28,937 bases of DNA from Minisyncoccota bacterium (GTDB lineage Bacteria; Patescibacteriota; Minisyncoccia; Phycocordibacterales; Phycocordibacteraceae). Where the stretch lies: positions 1-28,937 of the forward strand of contig DASVVA010000016.1 in assembly GCA_036386775.1 (NCBI GenBank). Reading direction: 5' to 3'. A program made the translations under genes and the position numbers. The notes beneath the pieces are model-generated. The model made no database searches, had not been told where the DNA came from, and worked only from the letters and a program-made list of their open reading frames with translations. Positions 18,135-24,748 of the stretch are shown here, one piece after another (positions within the stretch are counted from its first letter, which is position 1; every line of letters begins with the position of its first letter).

Positions 18135-18728
18135 ATGCAGGACACCACTACAGTACCCGAGACCACCGCAACCGCTCCTGAGGCGGGGGCTGCTCCTGTA
18201 GCCACTACCGCACCTGAACGCCCTCGTGGTCGCGGGGGAGATCGTGGCCAGCGTGGCCGCGGAGGTCCTCGCCGCGAACGCGCACCGCGCGAGCGTAGCG
18301 AATTCGATCAAGCGACACTTGATGTTCGTCGTGTTGCTCGTGTTATGGCCGGTGGTCGCCGCTTCTCGTTTAGCGTCACTGTGGTTATTGGTGACAAGAA
18401 AGGTCGCGTAGGCGTGGGTCTCGGCAAAGGCGCTGACACTGCGCTTGCTATCGACAAGGCTGTCCGTTCTGCAAAGAAGGCGCTCATAACTGTCCCGCTT
18501 ACCTCGTCACGCTCCATCGCGCACGATATTACCGCGCGCTACGCTTCGTCCGTTATCGAGATCATCCCTTCATCGGGCCGTGGTCTGGTTGCTGGCTCCG
18601 CAATGCGCACTGTGCTTGAGTACGCAGGAGTGACTGATGTGGTCGCAAAGATCCAGACCCGTTCGAAGAACAAGCTCACCATCGCGCGCGCGACTGTGGC
18701 GGCTCTGAAAAGCCTCCAGGCACGCTAA
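18135..18728 (+). CDS. rpsE: 30S ribosomal protein S5 with long N-terminal extension
   Basis: VRRVARVMAGGRRFSF, VGVGLGKG, GLVAG, VLEYAGV. Confidence 0.98.
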   Translation: MQDTTTVPETTATAPEAGAAPVATTAPERPRGRGGDRGQRGRGGPRRERAPRERSEFDQATLDVRRVARVMAGGRRFSFSVTVVIGDKKGRVGVGLGKGADTALAIDKAVRSAKKALITVPLTSSRSIAHDITARYASSVIEIIPSSGRGLVAGSAMRTVLEYAGVTDVVAKIQTRSKNKLTIARATVAALKSLQAR

Positions 18729-18748
18729 TCGCACATAATCCTTTTCGT

Positions 18749-19201
18749 ATGCAGACCAACACCCTTAAAGCCAAGACCACTCGCGTCACGACCCCTCGCG
18801 TGGGCCGTGGCGGCAAGCGTGGTAAGACCTCCGGACGGGGAACTAAGGGTCAGAAGGCTCGTGCTGGTAACAAGAAGCGCCCCGAGATGCGCGACCTCAT
18901 AAAGAAGCTTCCAAAGCGCCGTGGTTTTGGTAAGAACCGCTCCCGCACTGTGCGTCCGCAGGTAATCTACTGCCCGGTAAACCTTTCAGCGCTTGAGGGC
19001 GCCTTTGCTGCAGGTGAGCGCGTCACCCCAGCAACTCTCAATAAGAAAGGCCTCGTAAAGTCGCGTGGCGGCTTCATTCGCCCTGTAAAGATCCTCGGCA
19101 CCGGCTCGCTTACCAAGAAGCTTGTGGTGATCGACTGTTTCGCCTCTGCCTCTGCCGTGTCTGCCATAGAGGCTGCAGGGGGAACCATCTCCCATGCTTA
19201 A
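18749..19201 (+). CDS. rplO: 50S ribosomal protein L15
   Basis: RVGRGGKRGKTSGRGTKGQKARAG, LPKRRGF, VKILG, AIEAAGG. Confidence 0.97.
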   Translation: MQTNTLKAKTTRVTTPRVGRGGKRGKTSGRGTKGQKARAGNKKRPEMRDLIKKLPKRRGFGKNRSRTVRPQVIYCPVNLSALEGAFAAGERVTPATLNKKGLVKSRGGFIRPVKILGTGSLTKKLVVIDCFASASAVSAIEAAGGTISHA

Positions 19202-20462
19202 CAACTTCTTCCGGAAAATTCGTCTTATATTTGCCGACCCGGGTCTCCGGAAGCGCATCCTGTTTCTAGTGGGAGCCATCGTTGTTTTCCGCTTTCTCGC
19301 AGCCATTCCAGTGCCGGGTGTGAACCGCCTCGCACTTGATCAGTTTTTCGCCGGGAATCAATTCCTCGGTCTTTTGAACATTTTCTCGGGAGGTGGCTTC
19401 TCGAATATCTCCATCGTGCTTCTCGGTGTAGGGCCTTACATTACAGCGTCGATCATCATGCAGTTGGCGACGGTGCTTTCGCCCAAGATCAAGGCTATGT
19501 ACACCGAGGAAGGCGAGCAGGGTCGCGCCAAGTTCATTTCCTTCTCCCGCTTCCTTACGATTCCCATCGCCATCCTGCAGGGTGTAGCCTTCCTGTCGCT
19601 TCTGCAAAGCCAGGGCATCCTCATTCCGCTTACGCCGTTCGAGATGGCGACGAACGTCTTCCTCGTTGCGGCTGGCTCCATGCTCCTTATGTGGATCGGT
19701 GAGATGATCACTGAGTTTGGCATCGGCAACGGTGTCTCTCTCCTCATCTTTGCTGGTATCATCGCGGCGGTTCCGGGCGGCCTTTCGCAGCTCCTGTTTA
19801 CTGCAACTGCAGCCAATATTCCGACTTACCTTGCATTTGCCGTTGCAGCACTAGCGATTACCTACGCCGTGGTTGTGGTTTCAGAGGCAGAACGCTCCAT
19901 TCCCATTGCTTACGCGCGCCAGGTACGTAGCACGGGCCCGAGCGCTTCGACGTATCTTCCAATTCGTCTTTTGCAGGCCGGTGTCATGCCTATCATCTTC
20001 GCTCTCTCGCTCCTGCTTCTCCCGCAAATGGCACTCGCAGGCCTAAGTGGCCTTGGCCTAACGTGGGCTGCTAGTGCGCAGATGTGGTACACGGCTTTCA
20101 GTCTCAATACGTTCGCGTACAGCGCCGTCTACTTCGTACTTGTTGTCATGTTTACGTTTTTCTACACCTCGATCACCTTCGAGCCAAAGCGTGTTTCTGA
20201 TAACCTCCAGAAGTCAGGGGCTTTTATCCCTGGAGTACGCCCTGGTCGCGAGACCGAATCGTTTATCGGTAGTGTTGTGAACCGCGTCACCCTCCCTGGA
20301 GCACTCTTCCTCGGATTCCTTGCAGTCGTGCCATTTATCGTGCAGGCAGCGACTGGTATCACAGCGCTTCTTATCGGCGGTACTGCGCTCCTCATTGCAG
20401 TACAGGTGCTCCTCGACCTTATCCGTAAGGTCGATGCGCAGGTTTCGCTGCGCGAATACTAG
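19194..20462 (+). CDS. secY: Preprotein translocase subunit SecY
   Basis: LGVGPYITASIIMQL, WIGEMITEFGIGNGVSLLIFAGI, GVMPIIFA, IPGVRPG, GGTALLI. Confidence 0.99.
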   Translation: MLNNFFRKIRLIFADPGLRKRILFLVGAIVVFRFLAAIPVPGVNRLALDQFFAGNQFLGLLNIFSGGGFSNISIVLLGVGPYITASIIMQLATVLSPKIKAMYTEEGEQGRAKFISFSRFLTIPIAILQGVAFLSLLQSQGILIPLTPFEMATNVFLVAAGSMLLMWIGEMITEFGIGNGVSLLIFAGIIAAVPGGLSQLLFTATAANIPTYLAFAVAALAITYAVVVVSEAERSIPIAYARQVRSTGPSASTYLPIRLLQAGVMPIIFALSLLLLPQMALAGLSGLGLTWAASAQMWYTAFSLNTFAYSAVYFVLVVMFTFFYTSITFEPKRVSDNLQKSGAFIPGVRPGRETESFIGSVVNRVTLPGALFLGFLAVVPFIVQAATGITALLIGGTALLIAVQVLLDLIRKVDAQVSLREY

Positions 20463-20477
20463 CGAACTGCTTTAGTT

Positions 20478-20527
20478 CCTCCCAAGAAGAACGGCCGCCC
20501 AAATGGGCGGCCGTTCTTCTTGGGAGG
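20478..20527. terminator. Very long terminator-like palindrome after secY
   Basis: CCTCCCAAGAAGAACGGCCGCCC-aaat-GGGCGGCCGTTCTTCTTGGGAGG: perfect 23-bp stem. Confidence 0.8.
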
Positions 20528-20528
20528 G

Positions 20529-20534
20529 TATACT
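20529..20534 (+). promoter_or_regulatory. -10 box of a probable leaderless transcript
   Basis: TATACT, 6 nt, ATG 20541. Confidence 0.6.
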
Positions 20535-20540
20535 TTTTTA

Positions 20541-21134
20541 ATGGAGCTCAACCTTGCGTTTGGAGTAGCCGCCAGCTTAACTCTCATCGCTGGCTTTTAC
20601 CCCTACATCCGGGACATATTTAGGCGGCAGACAAAGCCTCACATCTATACATGGCTCATCTGGTCGATTACACAGGGCACGGCTCTTCTTGCGCTTGTCT
20701 ACGGCAATGGGGGTCTGTTTGCTGGTGTAGGCATAGCATCCGGCGCTTTTCTCACCTTCGTTGTGTTCTTGCTATCTTTCAAGTTTGGCACCAAGAACAT
20801 TACGGTTATTGATACGGTTACGCTGGTCGGTGCTCTTGCGGCTGTTGTTGTTTGGTGGCAACTCGATAGTCCGCTCGTCGCCGTACTCATGGTGGCCTTT
20901 ATTGATGGAATCGGCTATGTGCCGACGTACAGGAAATCGTGGAGTGAGCCAAGGACAGAGACTTTAAGTTTCTGGCTCCTTTTCACTGCTGGAAATCTTT
21001 TCGCGCTGCTTGCAGTGGCAGAGTACAACCTGCTCACAACATCATATCTAGTGACCGTAGTCACTGCCTCAGTACTGCTCATCATCCTTTGTATATACAG
21101 GCGCGGCGTCGTTCCGGACGCTGCTAGTCTTTAG
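20541..21134 (+). CDS. Integral membrane protein with two PQ-loop/SWEET-like repeats (start at 20541)
   Basis: About 7 hydrophobic helices; internal duplication PYIRDIFRRQTKPHIYTWLIW / PTYRKSWSEPRTETLSFWLLF. Confidence 0.7.
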   Translation: MELNLAFGVAASLTLIAGFYPYIRDIFRRQTKPHIYTWLIWSITQGTALLALVYGNGGLFAGVGIASGAFLTFVVFLLSFKFGTKNITVIDTVTLVGALAAVVVWWQLDSPLVAVLMVAFIDGIGYVPTYRKSWSEPRTETLSFWLLFTAGNLFALLAVAEYNLLTTSYLVTVVTASVLLIILCIYRRGVVPDAASL

Positions 21135-21687
21135 CTAGCCAAGACTGGTACGAAGTTTTGACTTTTTCAGCAACATTATCGAGCGAGGTGTTTGATGTAT
21201 CGGTAGTGAGGTCGAAGGCGGACAGATCAAGCGTGTCGACTCCATAGAGTGTCATGTAGCGCTTTCGCTCGCTCTCCCTGCGCGAGACGATACTCCGGAG
21301 TATCTCGTCCACGGAGTTGCCGCTCTCGCCCACACGACCCTCTTTCTGTATATGATTAAAGATTCGCTCGGCCGCCATTTCAGGGTCAAGTGCAAGAAAG
21401 ACCTTAAATGAAGAGGGAATCCAGTGGAAAGCCAAGCGCGAGTCGACGACTAGGCGGTCCTGTTCACCGAGCTTTTTAAGTCGGTCGTCAACAGCAAAGT
21501 CGATGCTAGGCTCTTGCTCCGCCTGTCGGTTCGCCTCTTCGAGGGAGAGGCCGCGCTCATCAGCAACAGCACGAAAGAGATCACCTGACGAAAAATGCTC
21601 GTATCCGAGCTCTGCGGCAATGCGTTTAGCTGTGCTCGACTTGCCGCTGCCGAGTTCACCAGCAATTGTTATGATGCTTTTTTTCAT
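21124..21687 (-). CDS. cmk: Cytidylate kinase, short archaeal-type
   Basis: ITIAGELGSGKSSTAK, SSGDLFR, VVDSRL, R..SERKRY..LYG, DLTTDTS. Confidence 0.8.
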   Translation of the reverse strand: MKKSIITIAGELGSGKSSTAKRIAAELGYEHFSSGDLFRAVADERGLSLEEANRQAEQEPSIDFAVDDRLKKLGEQDRLVVDSRLAFHWIPSSFKVFLALDPEMAAERIFNHIQKEGRVGESGNSVDEILRSIVSRRESERKRYMTLYGVDTLDLSAFDLTTDTSNTSLDNVAEKVKTSYQSWLAKD

Positions 21688-21742
21688 GCAGAGTGCGCCT
21701 CGCGCGCGTAGCTGCTAGTATTGACCCATCATAGCCATATAC

Positions 21743-22333
21743 ATGCATACATCAAGCCCCGACACGATTCTTATTATCGGCCGCCCAGGATCAGGTAAGG
21801 GCACGCAAGCACGACTTCTTTCTGAGAAGCTCGGTTGGATGCGTGCCTCCTCGGGAGATCGCATTAAGGCCATCCGTGACGGTAACGAGCCTTTCTCAGC
21901 GCGCGTGCGAGAGGTATACGACAAGGGAAGACTGCTTCCCAACTGGTTTGCCGACTATCTCCTTGAAGAGGCACTTTTGAAGCTCCAGCCACACGTGGGA
22001 ATCATATGTGAGGGATTTGGCCGAACGAGGAGCCAGGCTGAGCACTTAACCGAGATCATAGACTGGCTTGGCCGGGACCTTATGGTCGTCAATCTTGAAG
22101 TTCCTGAAGAAGAAGTCGCGCGACGAATGCATTCCCGCTCTGTTACCGAGAACCGGCCAGACAGCAATACAGAGGAGAAAATCAATGCTCGTCTCGCGCA
22201 GTTCAACGAATGCACGGCACCCGCTATCGAGTATTTCAGAAGTGAAGGGGTGGTCGTGGATATTGACGGCACGCCAATGCCCGATCAAATAGCGGAAGCG
22301 ATTGCCGGGGCGGTGCGCCCTAACGCGTCATGA
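21743..22333 (+). CDS. adk: Adenylate kinase, short-LID type
   Basis: GRPGSGKGTQA, SSGD, EGFGRT, RPD, ARL; canonical position upstream of map. Confidence 0.9.
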   Translation: MHTSSPDTILIIGRPGSGKGTQARLLSEKLGWMRASSGDRIKAIRDGNEPFSARVREVYDKGRLLPNWFADYLLEEALLKLQPHVGIICEGFGRTRSQAEHLTEIIDWLGRDLMVVNLEVPEEEVARRMHSRSVTENRPDSNTEEKINARLAQFNECTAPAIEYFRSEGVVVDIDGTPMPDQIAEAIAGAVRPNAS

Positions 22334-23112
22334 TCGTACAAAGCGACCAGGAGCGTGCAGGAATAATTGAAGCCGGAAGGCGCCTGGGCGCAGTGCTTGG
22401 TGCACTTGAACAGGAAGTTCGTCCGGGTATCACGACCGGATACCTTGATGAGGTCGCAGAGCGCCTTATCCGTGAAAAGGGAGATGAGCCTGCCTTTAAG
22501 GGATACACGCCCGAGGGTGCGCGCTACCCATTTCCTGCAGCGCTCTGTATTTCAGTGAACGACGAGATCGTCCACGGCATACCGGGAGACCGTATGCTAA
22601 AAGAAGGAGATATAGTGTCGCTCGATCTGGGCCTCATTCATGACGGGCTGTTCGCAGACTCAGCGGTGACAGTGCCTGTAGGGACAACAGACAAGACCTC
22701 CTACGCACTCATGAACGCCACACGCGTGTCCCTTGAGCGTGGTATAGAGGCGGCGCGCCCAGGAAAGCGCATCGGGGATATTTCATACGCAACGGGGCAG
22801 GCGCTTAATGGTACAGGCTTTGCAGTTGTGAAAGTGCTCGGCGGGCACGGTGTGGGGCGGAGCGTTCACGAAGACCCCTACATCGCTAACGACGGGCACC
22901 CGGGCACCGGTATCGAGATAGTGCCCGGAATGGTGCTTGCGCTTGAGCCCATTGCCAACGCAGGTAAAGCAAGTGTGCTTTTGGATAATGATGGTTATAC
23001 GTACCGCACCCGGGACGGTTCGCGCAGCGCACATTTCGAGCACACCATTCTCATCGAGGAGAAGCAGACGTTGGTAGTTACCCGCAGGCCCGGGGAGCAG
23101 GTAGTTCATTAG
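22330..23112 (+). CDS. map: Methionine aminopeptidase type I
   Basis: CISVNDEIVHGIP, SLDLG, DSA, GHGVG..VHEDP, LEP, SAHFEHT. Confidence 0.99.
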   Translation: MIVQSDQERAGIIEAGRRLGAVLGALEQEVRPGITTGYLDEVAERLIREKGDEPAFKGYTPEGARYPFPAALCISVNDEIVHGIPGDRMLKEGDIVSLDLGLIHDGLFADSAVTVPVGTTDKTSYALMNATRVSLERGIEAARPGKRIGDISYATGQALNGTGFAVVKVLGGHGVGRSVHEDPYIANDGHPGTGIEIVPGMVLALEPIANAGKASVLLDNDGYTYRTRDGSRSAHFEHTILIEEKQTLVVTRRPGEQVVH

Positions 23113-23173
23113 CTCTTCAGCAACAAAGCTTGATACTGCTGAGTATTACCAGCACGGTAATTCGAATTAACCT

Positions 23174-23413
23174 ATGGCAACTATCGTAAACACTCCGGGC
23201 GGCGGCAACGACAACAGCGGACCCGGCTGGGCAGTCGCAGTTATCGTTCTCCTCGTTGTCCTCATCGGCGCGTTCCTTCTCTGGGGTCGCGGCGGTGGCG
23301 ACACAGTCAACGTGGATGTACCAGCACCAAATGTGAATATTCCTACACCTAACGTAGATGTTCCTACTCCTGACGTGAGTGGTGGTGCAGGCGGAGGCGC
23401 TAGCGCGCAATAA
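23174..23413 (+). CDS. Small single-pass membrane protein with Pro/Val heptad repeats
   Basis: TM helix WAVAVIVLLVVLIGAFLLWG followed by VDVPAPNVNIPTPNVDVPTPDV and a Gly/Ala tail. Confidence 0.75.
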   Translation: MATIVNTPGGGNDNSGPGWAVAVIVLLVVLIGAFLLWGRGGGDTVNVDVPAPNVNIPTPNVDVPTPDVSGGAGGGASAQ

Positions 23414-23423
23414 ACCGCTCGTC

Positions 23424-23463
23424 CAAAAGAAAGAAGGCCGCTTCCGCGGCCTTCTTTCTTTTG
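23424..23463. terminator. Long bidirectional terminator-like hairpin
   Basis: CAAAAGAAAGAAGGCCGC-ttcc-GCGGCCTTCTTTCTTTTG: perfect 18-bp stem. Confidence 0.85.
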
Positions 23464-23470
23464 ATATACT
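23462..23470 (+). promoter_or_regulatory. Extended -10 promoter for ndk
   Basis: TGA-TATACT abutting the hairpin. Confidence 0.55.
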
Positions 23471-23511
23471 CGTATCTATATAAGCGCCCTCGGCGATTTT
23501 TCTTTATCTTC

Positions 23512-24120
23512 ATGCCAATTCCTCACCCCAAAACAGAACGGTCTTTTGTCATCATCAAGCCCGACGGTGTACAGCGCTCACTCATCGGTGAGATCCTCAG
23601 TCGTTTCGAGCGCACAGGCCTCAAGCTAGCTGCGCTTAAAATGGCAGTTCTTGATTCTGACCGCATCTGGAAGCACTACGATAAGGACGACGAATGGTTC
23701 GAGAGGAAGGGTAAGGCCATTGCAGAGGACCGTGCGGCGGCGGGCCTGTCTGCGGAAAAAGAGCCAATCGAATACGGCAAAGACATCATCCGTGCGCTCG
23801 ATCGGTATATGACGAGCGGCCCGGTAGTTATGATGGTGTGGGAAGGGAATCAGGCGGTTTCAGTCGTTACGAAGCTCGTTGGCGACACTGCCCCAGCCTC
23901 GTCTGATGTGGGTACTATTCGTGGAGATCTCACCATAGATTCGTACAACCTGTCCGCTGTTGACGACCGAGCCGTACGCAATCTCATCCACTGCTCTGAT
24001 ACTCCCGAGAACGCCCAAAAAGAGATTGAACTCTGGTTCACGCCCGAAGAGCTTATTCAGTACCGTCTTCTTAACGAAGCGATACTCTACGATGTGAACC
24101 TTGACGGTATTCTGGAATAA
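23512..24120 (+). CDS. ndk: Nucleoside diphosphate kinase with internal insertion (start at 23512)
   Basis: ERSFVIIKPDGVQRSLIGEI, YMTSGPVV, GTIRGD, RNLIHCSD, EIELWF. Confidence 0.95.
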   Translation: MPIPHPKTERSFVIIKPDGVQRSLIGEILSRFERTGLKLAALKMAVLDSDRIWKHYDKDDEWFERKGKAIAEDRAAAGLSAEKEPIEYGKDIIRALDRYMTSGPVVMMVWEGNQAVSVVTKLVGDTAPASSDVGTIRGDLTIDSYNLSAVDDRAVRNLIHCSDTPENAQKEIELWFTPEELIQYRLLNEAILYDVNLDGILE

Positions 24121-24148
24121 CGTATAGCACGTTATACAGACCGGGTTT

Positions 24149-24177
24149 TTGCAGCAAAAAGGAGTACTCGTTATACT
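24149..24177 (+). promoter_or_regulatory. Sigma70-type promoter of the ncRNA
   Basis: TTGCAG-17 nt-TATACT; predicted start site near 24184, the first base of the closing stem. Confidence 0.7.
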
Positions 24178-24183
24178 GTCCTC

Positions 24184-24312
24184 AGAGCCGCTGATTCGAA
24201 AGTCAACTTGCGCTTTTTCAGGGAGCTTTACATCCAGGCCAGGCGAGCTTGCTCTACCCTAGCCGTGCGAGCACCCACGTGGCACAGGAAGTTGCCACCC
24301 GGCGGCGGCTCT
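24184..24312 (+). ncRNA. ssrS: Probable 6S RNA, unusually short (~130 nt)
   Basis: Rod-like fold: closing stem AGAGCCGCUG/CGGCGGCUCU; central bubble; CAACUU/AAGUUG; GGGAGC/GCACCC helix resembling Firmicutes-type 6S motifs as I recall them; apical GGC/GCC, AGG/CCU and GAG-CUUG-CUC; own promoter and terminator. Confidence 0.7.
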
Positions 24313-24315
24313 AGT

Positions 24316-24345
24316 AAGAAACCGGCATGTATGTGCCGGTTTCTT
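24316..24345. terminator. Intrinsic terminator of the ncRNA
   Basis: AAGAAACCGGCA-tgtatg-TGCCGGTTTCTT: perfect 12-bp stem. Confidence 0.8.
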
Positions 24346-24379
24346 GCGTTCTATTCACCAAAAAGAGCGAAGGCGTGCA

Positions 24380-24388
24380 TGCTACTCT
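24380..24388 (+). promoter_or_regulatory. Extended -10 of a probable leaderless transcript
   Basis: TGC-TACTCT, 6 nt, ATG 24395. Confidence 0.5.
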
Positions 24389-24394
24389 AAATTT

Positions 24395-24748
24395 ATGCGT
24401 CTCGCCTGGCTCTTCGCCGCACTCGTTCTTGCCATTCTGCTTGCGGGCGTGCACCTCTACGCGCTCCCGCATTTCTGGTATTGGTATTTTCCTTGGCTAG
24501 ACCTGCCAGTACATCTTTTGGGAGGTGCCTTCATGGCAACTGCTGTTATCGGTGTGCTGGGCCGCTTTAGGCCGCTCGTGTTCCTGGTCGTTGTTACCGC
24601 CGGGGCTGTTGGATGGGAAGTTTTTGAGCTCGTCGTTAATGTCGACAGGGAAATGAACTTCGTTTTTGATACCTCGATGGACCTTCTCATGGACACCCTC
24701 GGCATTATCCTTAGCTACGCAACTGCGCGACTTACTATATGGCGATGA
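24395..24748 (+). CDS. Small membrane protein, DUF2238/VanZ-like (start at 24395)
   Basis: WLDLPVHLLGG...WEVFE...DTSMDLLMDTLG pattern of His/acidic residues in TM helices. Confidence 0.65.
   Translation: MRLAWLFAALVLAILLAGVHLYALPHFWYWYFPWLDLPVHLLGGAFMATAVIGVLGRFRPLVFLVVVTAGAVGWEVFELVVNVDREMNFVFDTSMDLLMDTLGIILSYATARLTIWR

Noticed and set aside
20520-20540. GGGAGG as an SD for the PQ-loop gene, or a TTG start at 20520
   Set aside because: Both lie in the right arm of the 23-bp hairpin and upstream of the TATACT box, so they would not be in a transcript starting at ATG 20541
24184-24312. Alternative identities for the ncRNA (SRP RNA, group II intron domain V, c-di-AMP riboswitch)
   Set aside because: It lacks the SRP helix-8 motif (CAGG..GNRA..AGCAG), the domain V/VI geometry and the ydaO consensus; the closed rod with its own terminator fits 6S better
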